DNA of 64,000 nt from Botryllus schlosseri (taxonomy: Eukaryota), in contig CM119371.1 of the NCBI GenBank assembly GCA_051294905.1, forward strand, positions 16,618,001-16,682,000, in the 5' to 3' direction. The notes below the pieces were generated by a model that saw nothing but the letters and a program-made list of their open reading frames with translations, ran no database searches and was not told where the DNA came from. Position 1 is the first letter of the stretch, and each line of letters opens with the position of its first letter. This document shows positions 11,383-24,570 of the stretch, piece after piece. A program made the position numbers and the translations under genes.

Positions 11383-14300
11383 TATTATTGTTATCCATTG
11401 ATGTCAACACTTATTCATCAAAACACTGGTTTTGCATCTGCGTAACATAGCACTATACGATATCTCCACACGGTCAAAAGGTACATACTCCATTTGTCAT
11501 GTTCAATTCACATATTTATTTATATTACTAAATGATATCTATCGTTAATACATGACATATATAGAACACACACACATAATGTATTCACAGCGAAAGGGCT
11601 ATGGCGCCTTTTCCACTATTCAAACTAGCGACTATTGCATTATCACGTCACCTCCATTTCTCGATTTTCAGAGAGCCCATTGTAGCTTTGCCTGACCGAT
11701 ATCGGATTTTTTAGCTGATAAAACCGAAAATTATCAAATCCCCCGATAACCCCATTATATCTATCCGATATTTAATAAATATGCCATATGTAGCTTCGGG
11801 CGAATCCCTAAAACTTCTGAGCTTTCATTTCGACAGATTTGCAGCCATCGCCAGACATCGAATAACACAGAAAAGCTATATCCGTACACCAGCAAGCGGG
11901 GGCGGTCGGTTATGTATTACTTCTACTTTTCAGACAAACTAATGGCAAAAATTGTTATATTTTTTCCTCACTTTCTCTTCTTTCTCTACTTGGGTCGAAA
12001 TTCATGATGTTACTTCTACTTCTATTCGAGTACCAATAATGATTATACTCAGAGCCCACTTTGACTGTAAGCTATAAGAAACAAATCAATATCCCCAATC
12101 TAGCATTCAAGAATCTCAGGCGCCCAACTACCATAATGTGACGTCACGAAAATTAGCGATAATCATTTTCTAACAATGACTGGCTAATAACGATATATCA
12201 TTCAAAATATGGCATCGACGCAATATGGGGAACCGATTATCCGTAGTATACATGCAGTATTAATATTATTATACAGTAGTAATGGTACATTCATATTGAT
12301 ATGAACCTGTATATTTTCAACTAATACGTGTCAACAACTACTAGGTAATTGGGAAGAGCTTTGTAAATCGTTATATTATCGTATCAAAGCATTCCGCCTG
12401 TTCGTTTACCATTTAAAATATTTTACAGAGCTTATTGGAAATTTCATGACGGTGACGTCATACTAAGTGATAGGAATATTGATATACGATGTTCTTTCCA
12501 ACTTTCTACTCGCTGCTGAAGATTAGCCCTGACCAGTGTCAGTCGAAAATATTCGGGTTCATTTCAATATGAATATACTATTCAAATGAGTGGTTCATAT
12601 TGTGTATAGTTGCTTCCGTCCTCGCCTTCGCTATCATCGATGCGCTGGTGCGGATCGTTTGGCAGCTCGTCACCTGTAGGTTTGAAATATTGCTGGTCAG
12701 TTGAGCGATGCTGACTTCGTATGATTTCAGTGAGCATATATTTGGTGTACGCAACAAGGCGTTCGTTATTTCGATCTCAATGTCTGCTTAAATGTAAAAC
12801 TTCCAGTAAAAGGCGATAAAATTTCAAGATATGTTCGAATATTTTCACTAAATTATAGTTAGCTGATCGCAAGTAAATTTTATCCAATTTGATTTCTCAT
12901 GTAACCGATTTTTTGAGCGATTTATCACGTTATTTTGATTTAGAAAGATAGGTGCCGTGGAGAAATAAATTCACTCTCGAATGTATTCTGAACGATTTCA
13001 TCATAAGATAGCACGGAAAGGCGCGTTGAATTTGTAATTTGTAATTTGCAATTTGCGTTTCGATTGGAATGAGGCAAAGATTGAGATTTGCGGACATTAA
13101 GATGACAATTCCAATCGGGCATCTTACAGTTATGTTGTATACCATGACTGGAAAGACCCTTCTTCGTGCGCGAGCTGCATACCAAAAATCTTAGTTTTCA
13201 AAAAGTCACAACATAAAATTAAAATATATGGATTTATTCCGTCACAATGAAAATGTGGGCAATCGAATATACTATGTTATTGTGCGGCGATAGGGTGCGT
13301 CTCCACTCCACCCCGGCTGCCAGGTTTTTGAAATCCTGCTGCTGCGACCTCATATACGCGCGGACCAGTTCCATCAAGTGCTGCGGAGCATTTAAGAGAG
13401 ATTTCCGCACGATAATCTTAGAAATCCGTAAAATCGGTCTTCGTTAGGTGAAAAGTGACAAAATCTTGGTGTTGGGTTTCCTTATGACTTTTCAAGTTTA
13501 TATAGATTTGCAATTGTTAAGTGAATCTTGAAATATGAGGCATGTAGGCTTTCCTCCAATATCACTGAAACCAAAACCCTTCTCCCATTTTGTAATAAAA
13601 GTGTTATTTTACTGTTCATCATCCATTCTGTTCTTGGAATGATCGCTCAACGACATTTTTGGGCTAAACTCTGCAGTTATTGCTAGCCTTTACAATACTA
13701 ATGAATGACTCCTATTCACCACTGTCGTCTGGAAATGACTATGCCATGTGCTACTTATATTAATTATTAGGTTCATTGTTGCTCAGAATGATTTATCATC
13801 GATTGAAAACCACAAATCATTGTTACTTGTGAAACGATCACATGTGATCTCGATTCGAGAAAAGTTTCAACCCTGTAGTGCCACCTTCCCCAACATTTAC
13901 TGCTAAGTGAACCATAAGAAAAAAATAAGACGATAACAATCCGTATATTGTCAATGCGTCATCGAATGCAATAATTTAAAATCAGGGAAAACCTCTGGCG
14001 AACGCATGTGCATTATGTGCAATCATTATACAGTCGCTCTCAAGGGCTCAACTAGCACCAGAGCTCACGCTGCAGGTTGCCCATTTCCGTTGTATACCAT
14101 GGGTGGAACCTCTCGTTACTCTGTTCAGCCTCTTGTCGATGACCAGATTGCATGAACTGCCGAATGTGACCTTCTGTAATCATACTCCTAGACCAGTGGT
14201 TCCCAAAGTGGGCAATATTGAGTGACAGTGTGGCGGAAAAGATGTAATGGGCGATTGATGAACGAAAATATATGAATACCGCGATAAGGCGGCGAAAATC

Positions 14301-14808
14301 TCACAATGTTTATTCACATTTGAATAAATCTTTATTTTCGTACTAAGGTCCATATAATCTATGGATGTTGATAAAAATCGGTTCAATGATTCCCTCATTC
14401 CAGCCCGCGGTAGGTTAAAGATCTAATCTAAGAGATTTAATGTAATTATAATTCGTGACTAAAACATGAGTTGCGATCGGAAAATGTGTGTGCAATGTGC
14501 ATATTTTCGGTGTTTCTTTAAAAAAAATTATTCGCCATCAATGCGGTCTATGGTAAGCATTATGTGCATTTCTAAGTCCTGTTTTTTTTAAAACCAAAAC
14601 CCACAAGTGGAGAGCGTGGAGAAGTTTTCACGGGGATAAGGATAGCATTGTAGGATAATAGATCAATTCACTGAAATGTAAGGCTGCAACTGGCAATATG
14701 ACGTCATGTGACGTCATAGGTTCAAGTTCACGTTCAAACAGAACCTTTCAAAACCTACTTTGGTTTGATTATTAGGGAGATTGGGGTTCATGCATCGATC
14801 GCTTAGGG

Positions 14809-17800
14809 CAGAGGTCTCAAACTCAAATGTGCTCGCGGGCCAATTTCCTAATTTGTGATGACCCGCGGGCCGCAGCATCAATAAATAGGGAGATTCAATC
14901 TATAATATCCAACTAGGCCTTATTTAACGGCACCTTGCAGACAGACATTCCACAACCACCGAGTAAATGTAATTTACTATTATACTATTCACGCTTGGCA
15001 CGAACAAATCACATTTTCACTATTTGAATAAAATAGTTTTTGTGCCAGGCATAATTTGTTAGAAATAATGAATTTATACATCATGCGAGAGGACGCATGG
15101 TGATGATGATATCGTAAAAGCTGTCGGGTTGTAATATTGCAGCTATTGGACCTTTGAAATGCCACAGCTTTATGTAGAATATTTTATAATTCACTAAAGT
15201 TTGATCTGATATCAGAGCATGTGAGCAGTGAAGCCTAATCGGGGTTTCTGATATAATACTGGTGATAAGTATAGGCTATTGTTACTCTCATTACCAAAGT
15301 CAAATTAAGCCAGCGTTAAGTTTTCGTCGATTGGAACGGATCAATAACAACTTGATATAATCATTACTGTTCCATAGTAATAGCATTGTTTCTTAACCGT
15401 TGTACTTTAAATTAGATTTCCAGTGACCCCTGTCGATTTTCTGCACAATTTCTGATGTCACCTATTAAAAATCAGAAAGTCCATTCACATAAAACTGCGC
15501 ATAGCGCGAAGAATATCTTCCAGCCCAGAAAATATTCCACAGCTTATAGGCCAATTTCCACAATGCATCTGGTACCCCCTATGGTGCTTTGTACCACGAA
15601 GGGGATACGGAGCCCTGGTTAAGAACCCCTGGAATAGAAATGACTAATCGCGGAAGAATCCATTGGTGTTACAGCTGTGGAGCGTACCACTACCTTACTC
15701 GCCACCGATAACAACATGGACAGAGAGAACAAACAACATCCAGGATGTAACCAAATATACGTCACGGGGGCCACAGAATGCCAATAATGGTTTCCATACA
15801 TATCTGATTAGATTTCTATATTATATATACCCTACGCAACGCAAGTATTATATATATTAGGGTTGTCAAAAATTTGGAAAATCGTACAAATCCTCCGTTG
15901 TAATGTCTTATTCTATAGATTATTGATAAAAAACTACACTGGGCCTAAAATAAACTCACAGGAAGGCCGTTAACATTTCGTGCAAAGCGTTTGAAAGTAG
16001 CTGCCGAAGAATGGGCGTGCCTCCGACCATAGAACGGTGAGAAGACTTGTAATCACGAAACCACGGCTCTTGATTGGCTAATTGGCTATGCTTCAATGAC
16101 CACGACTGCAGCAGCTTGATGATGAGGTGATCAAAGAGTCTGCTACCGGAGGTGATTCTGAAAGCGCATTGTATTTAGGCTGACAGATACTGATTTAGGA
16201 TTGATTCAGGGTATGTTGAGGTACGAAATACATGATGTACAAACAACAGCTGCTTCACAAAAACGTCTAAAGCATGACTGCTTTATTGTGTAGGAAACCG
16301 CCGTAGCCTATATGCCTTGTTTTCAACCAGGGAAAGCATAGGCGCTCATGCTAGTGGCGACAGATTCCTAGTTTCAGAAAGGCTATATCATTATTGAATA
16401 AAAATATAAAGCCTAACAATGACACTTTAATTTGTGTCATCTTATTGGGCTCAGGTTGTAGTACATAGTTGAAGTTTTGAATGATCTAGGGATCGGTTAG
16501 GCTTGGCACTTATCAGATGTTTACAGCAAATTGAATTCACTTGTAAGTGTTTTCAGAGTCCCTAATGATGCCGCAGAGACGAGGTGTAAATGTAAGCACG
16601 GACTATATGCTTGATATGATATAAACAATATGCTGGATACTATGCACTATGCAGCATTGTCTGTGCGTTGCCTTACACCCCTTTTCTGCGCGATTATCAA
16701 GGACTTTGGCATATCATATCCAGCATAGTATGTGCTTACTTTAACACCTCTTTTCTGCACCAGCATTAAGGACTTTGAAAACACTTGCAAGTGAATACAA
16801 TTTGATGTAAAAGCATCTGATAAGGGCCAAGCTAACCCGCTGATTCAGCCGATCCTTAGAGCTTTCAAAACTTCAACTATGTACTACAACCGGAGCCCAA
16901 TAAGCTCAGACAGGCAAAGTAATGTCATTGTTAAGCTTCATATTTGTATTCAATAATGATAGATCCTTTCTGAAACTAGGAATCTGTCGCCACTCGCATA
17001 AGCGTCTATGCTTTCCCTCGCTGAAAACAAGGCATATAGGCTACGGCGGTTTCCTTCACAATAAAGCAGTCATGCTTTACACGTTTTTGTGAAGCAGCTG
17101 TTGTTTGTACATCATGTATTTCGTACCTCAACATACCCTGAATGAATCCTGAATCAATATCTGCCAACCTACATACAATGCGCTTTCAGAATCGCCGCCG
17201 GTAGCAGACTCCTTGATCACCTCATCATCAAGCTGCTGCAGTCGTGGTCATTGAAGCATAGCCAATTAGCCAATCAAGAGCCGTGGTTTCGTGATTACTA
17301 GTCTTCTCGCCGTTCTATGGTCGGTGGCACGCCCATTCTTCGGCAGCTACTTTCAAACGCTTTGCACGAAATGTTAACGGCCTTCCTGTGAGTTTCTTTT
17401 AGGCCCAGTGTCGTTTTTTATCAATAATCTATAGAATAAGACATTACAACGGCGGATTTGTAACATTTTCCAAATTTTGGACAACCCTAATATATATCCT
17501 ACGCAGCCCAAGCTACGGGCTTTTGATATATTACTATTCCCCACGACAGCTTCCTAGATTTTTCCGTCCGTAGGATTGCCAAATCACTATTCCGAGAGGC
17601 AAGTCCTTCTCTGATTTTAACGTTCGACCCTACTCAACTCGAGTCATTTTTAGTTTATCACTCAGTCAATGCAACATCGAGTAATTTGACGAAAGGTCGC
17701 ACCAAACAAAATCACAATTTTCAGTCGCGAATCATCAACGGTTCATGTTTTGTCATCATGAACCTGAAATGTGACGAAATAGCGATCTTGCACTGCATGG

Positions 17801-17996
17801 TAGATTTTAGGAAGCGATGTGATCGTGAAGTTTGTTTAGATTTCAGGTTTTTGTAGTAGTTTTAGAGTGAACTTTAAGTTCTTAAATATAAAAAAAGATA
17901 TATGACACTAGAATATATTGTCGAATACTTGAAATTGAAAAATGCCTTCGCGGGCCGCACAAAATGTTCTCGAGGGCCGCGTGTTTGAGACCTCTG
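14809..17996. mobile_element. Non-autonomous hAT element (cagaggtctcaaac family), copy A
   Basis: TIR cagaggtctcaaac/gtttgagacctctg; perfect TSD gcttaggg. Confidence 0.92.
15858..17489. mobile_element. 1.63-kb hAT foldback element (TAGGGTTG ends) nested in copy A
   Basis: Arms of more than 700 bp are near reverse complements; perfect 8-bp TSD atatatat. Confidence 0.95.
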
Positions 17997-18004
17997 GCTT
18001 AGGG

Positions 18005-19545
18005 CATATGTTTCAAACACGCGGCCAGCGGGTCGCATGTGGCCCGCGAGAGCATCGAGTGCGGCCCTGCGACGGCATTTTGGAATTTCAAGTATTCAAC
18101 AATATATTTACGTGGCATATCTTTTTAGATATAAGAACTTGAAGTACATCCTAAAACTACTATAAAAATCACTGAAACCTCAACCTACCTCAACATCACA
18201 TCCCTTTTAAAAGCTACCCTGCGATAGAAGACCAGCTATCACGTCACATATCTAGTTCATGATGATAAAACATGACCCGTTGATGATTCGTGACTGAAAA
18301 TTGTGATTTGGTTTGCTGCGAACTTCTCGCAAAATTACTCGATTTCGGATTTACTGGGTGATTAAATAAATATCACTCGAGTTGAGTCGGCTCAAACGTT
18401 AAAATCAGAGAAGGACTTGCGACTCGGAACGGTGACTTGGTAATCCTGCGGTCGCAACACTCTATGAAACTGTTATGGGGAATAGTAATGCATTGAAGGG
18501 TCGTAGCTTGCGTTCCGTAGGGTATATGGCTGTCTAGTTAGGTCAGTATGGAAACCATTGGCTTTCTGAGACCCCCGTGACGTATATTTGGTTAAATGCT
18601 GGAAGTTGTTTGCTCTCTTTATCCATGTTATTATCGGTGGCGAGTAAGGTAGCAGTACGCCCTACAGCAGTAACACCAATGAAATCTTCGCAGATTTGAA
18701 ATTTCTATTCCAGGGGTTGTTAACCAAGGTCCTTATACCCCATCGGGGTAGGAAGCACCACATCAGGGTGTACGAGATGCATTGTGGAATTAGGCCTATA
18801 TGCAGTGAAATATTTTCCTGGCCAATTTATTCAACTTGAAAATGGTCTTCGCGCTACGCGCGATTTTATGTAAATGGGATTTCTGATTTTAATATAGGTA
18901 ACATCAGAAATTGTGTTGAAAATGAACAGGGACTACGAGAATTCTTATTGGAAGCACAAGGGTACGATTGCTAAAAAGTTTAAGAAGCAATGCTATTACT
19001 ATGGCTCAATAATGATTATATTTAATTTGTTATTGTTATGTTCCAGTAATAATCGAAGGCATAATCTAACGCTGATTTCATTTGACTTTGGCAGTAACAG
19101 TGACAATAGCCAAAACCAGGATTAGGCTACACTGCTGAAATCCTCAGATATCATATCAATCTTCAGTAGATTTTAATATATTTTACATAAAATTGTGGCA
19201 CGTCAAAGGTTCACTAGTTGCAATATTATAACCTGACAGTATTACGATTCCATGATGCATCCTCTCGCATGATGTCTATAAGTCATTATTTTAACAAATT
19301 ATGCCCGGCACCAAATCATATTTATTCAAATATTTAAAAAGGTGATTTTTCCGTGTCAAGCGTGAATAGTACAATAGTAAATTACATTTTCACGATGTTT
19401 GTGAAATGCCTGTCTGCAAGCTCGCGCCAAATAAGGCCTACTTGGAAATTTTACATTGAATATCCCTATTACTGATGCTGCGGCCCGCGGCGTCGTCAAA
19501 AACGGGGAAATTGGCCCGGGGGCACATTTGAGTTTGAGACCACTG
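18005..19545. mobile_element. Same hAT family, copy B, inverted relative to copy A
   Basis: Internal sequence is a diverged reverse complement of copy A; right end gtttgagaccactg; flanked by gcttaggg on both sides. Confidence 0.88.
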
Positions 19546-20669
19546 GCTTAGGGCATATACTTTTGGCATTGTCTGATGAAAAATGGACACAGGAAAATTT
19601 GGGATCATCCTCCGTGAAAATGAATCGATTGTATTTTATATTGAATTTCTTTTTAGATTGTTTCTCTTCCAAATTCGAATATCTGTGATTGAGTATAACT
19701 GAAATGCTCACCTTTGTTATGCTGTACTCTTGGAGCGTGATATGTGGAAGTTGGAGAATACACCTCATCGTAATCTGGTCCTGGTTCCAAAAACAAAGAT
19801 TTTGATTGAGTTTACTGAAATCATATCTTTATCCCATAGAACTGATGAAATATGAATACTTTAATATTATTGAAACGTCTGTAAGCACAATGTCTGTGAT
19901 TTGTTTTAGACAAGTCCTTGGGGCCTCGCTATGAAAATTGAATAAAGCCAGTAGAGCATAGATGAGATTAAATGATATTTGTATATATTTATTTTTAGCG
20001 TCAAGTGTCTGCAATTGGTGCTAGAAAGTGAATCATTTCTGGTATCGTTTGATCAATTCACCAATAAACGGGATTCGATCTACAAGTGTCGCTTGCGTCT
20101 TATAGTCTCTGCATTACTTTTCATTCAGTGTGCATGCCTCTTATTTACTTCGCCTTGGCTAAGGTGGGTGTGTGATCTTAATGGCTACTCCAAGTTGTTT
20201 CGACACCTTCCTGTCTTTTCATTGTATCGCAGTCTTGTGATGTTTTGAAACGATGAAAATAATAATAAACGTGATTGATTGATTGATTGAAGTGTTTTGA
20301 TGCATTTATCCGCATGGTCTGAGTAATTGCGCTTTCTCAGCCTCATTCAACCGGCAAAAGTGTAATGTAACATTTTAATGTTTGATGTCAGTACTAACGA
20401 TAACTTCCGAACGATCAAGACGATTCGTAATTGAAAATTACTACACTTATCGATTGAAAATATTCTTGTTGGCTATACTGAAGAGGCTTCAAAGGGAATT
20501 TCATGTCTTCATAGCAATAAGTGAGCTTCACTGAATTTCCAATTGTCCAACATTGACAGAACCAATGTCATTATGTAGTAATACTGCCTTCAAACTCACG
20601 AGTCCAAGAAGAATCGCCGTTCTGTCGAACTGTAGACTATCCCCAAAGCTGATATTAATCCTGAAACAT

Positions 20670-20936
20670 CTTGAAAGTATACTATAGGGAAGGTGTTCGT
20701 CATAATTGAGATATTTTCCAAACTTTTCTTTAAAACTTCATTGTTAAATCTTTTAATGACGTCATAAATCTCATAACGCATAACGCTGAAAACTAAAGTT
20801 AACGAAAATTCAAATGCAATTCGCTAAAAGACTGGATCTGATTGAAAAAAACGGATAACAGTGTATGATTCAGTATCAAAAAGTACACCAAGAATCGTGA
20901 ATATTTTAGTAACCTAAAAATTAACGCTGCACAGTG
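20670..20936 (-). mobile_element. Second Chapaev3-like terminal fragment
   Basis: Aligns by eye to 10815-10831 plus 11126-11382, ending ...gcacagtg. Confidence 0.75.
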
Positions 20937-20940
20937 TAAT

Positions 20941-21930
20941 CGGTTAGCTTGTGCAGATGACATTTGTTTTGCAAGCAAAGTGCAGATGGCGCTCAAAAGG
21001 CTAAAAAGCGCTTCTAATATCTAAATGCTCACCGTCGATTTGTTGTAGTTCTCTTGTGGAAATTGGTGAAGATGGATAATGTTCATTTTCGTAAAGCGTT
21101 TCTGATACATTAAAAATATTCATTTCAATTAACAATAAAAATCAAATCACATTTTAACCCGGTAGAACGGATTAGATTAAATTAGATTAGAACAATATAG
21201 ATAGCATTTATATACCCAATATCTGCTATTCGAGAAATAAATATCCTGGTTTATGGTATCGTTCAGTCAATTAACGTGCCTGCTAACGTTTTCTGAGAAA
21301 ATTTGCGTTCATGCAACTAAAACGAACATCAGCGTCAGTCATATCTTCGGGGTCAACTCTAAATGTTGTATGGTATATGCAGCCAGAAACAGTTGATCAA
21401 ATACTTTCAGTATGCTAACTTCATAGATGAAGGTATCGATTGGTCGATGTTTTACTTTTAGGGTAATTTTGTTTCCTATTGCTCGTTACGAATCTCATAT
21501 CTATCTTATTCTTACCGTTTCTCTGTGGAGTTTTTGGTGGAATTGGAGGAGGCAGACGAGAGCGCGGTCTAGGTGCGGGAAGACGAACTCCTAAATGTTA
21601 AGCGCGCACAGTATTACTTGAGTAGAATCAGTATCGTGAATTTTATATGCAATTCAACTTTAACATGCCTATACATTATTGTGAGATCTTGTTTCAGTTT
21701 AAAGAATCTACTCTGAGGTTGCAGAATGCTCTCCTCATAGAAAGTGTACCGCAAAATTCCATATTGTAGTTGAAGCAAGTCCCGTATATTAATTGTATTC
21801 TCACCGCTGTCCCGTTGAACTCTTCTCGGATGGAATGGGAAAAGTGCAAGGGATGAGGCTTCGCCTGTAACATCAAGAAATACATGTTTAGTGCAGTGTT
21901 TTTTAACCTTTCTGCGGCCTTAACCAATTT
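20941..21930 (-). pseudogene. Copy 1 of a duplicated cassette of short phase-1 exons (Pro-rich, YEN motif)
   Basis: AG/GT-bounded exons 21805-21864 and 21033-21101 (TLYENEHYPSSPISTRELQQID); exon near 21515-21590 (PAPRPRSRLPPPIPPKTPQRN) carries a 1-nt frameshift. Confidence 0.6.
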
Positions 21931-22381
21931 GCCGGTTTAAGAATGTTCTGTGACCCATTTCATAGAGTCGTAGTTCTGCTCAAAATAGGGCTGGAACACT
22001 GAATTCTTGATGTAGGCTAATAGTCACGGGGCATCATGTCAGGTAGCATACTGGAAAAAGATAAATTGAAACGGAGTGTGCCCATGTCGATAAAACTTTC
22101 TTAATCGTTTTTTTTATGCTTTTAAACATGGAAATCAATTATTGCAACGTGTAATTTGATGATGATAGATTTATTAGCAATCGTGAGGCATAGGAACCGA
22201 CTCTTAATTCATATCCCATGACGGGCGAATGGAACACGCTGTAATATGCTTTTGGTACCTTGTTTACACGGAAAAGTACAGTGGTGTATGCTCAGCATTT
22301 TCTGTTCATATAGCTAGGTTTTTATTTAAAACAAAAATCAATTTAAAACAAACATGTTTGGAGCAAGGCTCTTGTTTAAAC

Positions 22382-24158
22382 CAGTGCTCTTCAACCTTTT
22401 TCGTCGTGGTACACCCTTTTAACATTTACTCAAAACTCATACACCCCTGACCGTATAATACACCGATAACGCAGAAAGTTACATTTTGATTACATATACA
22501 ATACGTCCGGATTCCAGCAGGGAGTCGCCATTGCGCATGGACGACAAATACTCATATGAAATTTGATACTGGGAACTTAACACCACGGAGTCCCCTTGTG
22601 GTGCTTTGTGCCTTCACTTATATCTTGAGATATGCAATGCGCAATTTTCTTTATTGTAGAAGAAAAACATCCAAGCAGGCTTACAATATATAATTTATGT
22701 ACATAAATCGCGAGTATAAATGTCAAGAGAAGACACTAGAATTATGTGAGTAGTCGCGCCGGGCGCGAAAATTTTGCACCTTTGGATAGATTTTATCGAA
22801 AATGTTGCTAGTTTCACATATTATTATCAAAAATGTATTCATTGACTACGTGATCAGATTAACCCGTAGTGCTAATGAAGGGTGTCTTCGAAAATATTGG
22901 AAAGGCTACAATATTAATGATGATGCCTCTTCCGGTTCTTATTAATTACTTAGTTGTATGTTGTTATTTCTTGGCCTCCCACCTGAATTGTTTGTATTGT
23001 TATTATTATTATTTCTATTGCACATCAATGACAGTGGCGATAATCGCCTCTTTAGTATTTGTACGCCACGATAGTGCATTTTCTAAAGTTTTCTGTCTTT
23101 GCTTTTGGTAATGAGGAAGACTTTCGCTTGCACGCGCACTCCCATTCTTCATCCCCTCTCGGTAAAGTGCGTCCACTTTCAGGACTCTGCTGCCGACTTT
23201 GGAACTCGGCTCACTCTTCTTCTAGGCTTTTCAAGACGCTACGTTAACAGGGGGTCGGAGACGAGGAGCCTAGATAAACCTCCGACACATGACAACATGG
23301 CAAACCGATAGTCGAACCAGCAACAATTGGTTGCATAATGACGGCCGCCAACACACGCTAATTTAAATAAGTGTAGAATGTCACAAATTATGGTTTTGCG
23401 GCTGAATGAGGCCGTACGTCCGCAGGTTGAGCACCCCTTGCCTAGCCGAAATAAGGATGAACATTTGAGCAGGCCTGCAACGTATAGTGAATGCTAAATA
23501 CGAATCAGGGCTCGAGGTTACTGGACCACCATCTAACGTAGTGGTTCGCAAATTCCACCTCCTGGCTGCGCAATCATGCATTCTGCGCTATTCATAAGCT
23601 TGTCGCAGGAAGCACCAATTCAAAATGTCCGAGCTGTAGCGGTGGTTTCCTCGAAAATCATCAGACAGATATCGCAAGCTGAACACATGCTAACTCCACC
23701 CTGCTGTACTCGAAAAAGAAGTAATAAGTCCATTAATAAAGGTTAAATGATGACAAACATTTACTTATGATATCAAATTGTATGACATCACACATGCAGT
23801 CAATCTGTTTTGAAGCATAAACTGGCGTATTTATTGTGATAGCTATAGTCATCGTATCATCGGCTCATCATAATGTGGATCTGGTACACCCCTGTACACC
23901 CAATCCGAGTTTTACACCATTTAAAAATTATGGTACACCCTGGGGTGTACGAAACGTCTGGTTGAAGCGCCCTGCCAAATTATTCAATAACCTGTGCGTC
24001 AACCTGTATTGACGCATAAACCTGTCTTTGTGATAGCTAGCCATCGGCTCATTGAAATTCGGATCTGGTACACCCCTGTACATGCCATCCGAGTGGTACA
24101 CTCTTTGAAAATTCTGGTACACCCTAGGGTGTAAGAAAACCCCGGTTGAAGAGCACTG
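22382..24158. mobile_element. Non-autonomous hAT element with gtacaccc subterminal repeats; contains a SINE-like fragment near 23180-23355
   Basis: TIR cagtgctcttcaacc/ggttgaagagcactg; TSD gtttaaac/gtttacac. Confidence 0.9.
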
Positions 24159-24289
24159 GTTTACACCATGTTTTTCTTGTTTTTGTGTGTGTGTTTTGAA
24201 GCCATGACGTCGCGAATATTCGATTGTGATGTCATAGTAGAATGAAATTGATATTTGAAAATATAGGGTAAATATAGCTCCTCGATTTT

Positions 24290-24570
24290 TGTGTTCGTTT
24301 GTTCGTTTGTGTTATTTATGGTGTTTGTCGAATGACATGATCATTCACGCCCGGCTAATTTTCATTATTTCAATTAAGTATCTGCTGACTTGTAACAAGG
24401 TCAAATTCTAGGCTTTTAACACACGACTTACATTCTTACACGTATCAGATGGCGAGTAGGGGCCTGGATAAACCTTCAACAGTTAGGTGGGAATACAGGA
24501 GTCGAGATCGGCGGGACTCGAACCCGCATCCAATTGGCGTTTCTATTATAACACTACGCTAGCTCGCCAC
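24290..24570 (-). mobile_element. tRNA-derived SINE (family of 7072-7356)
   Basis: Reverse-complement B-box gactcgaaccc; shared body ggataaacc...ttagg.gggaat and tail atggtgtttgtcga. Confidence 0.8.

Noticed and set aside
12515..12560. ctgaaga...gtcgaaa hammerhead-like string
   Set aside because: Stem II does not pair from the CTGAAGA box and there is no second copy or PLE context
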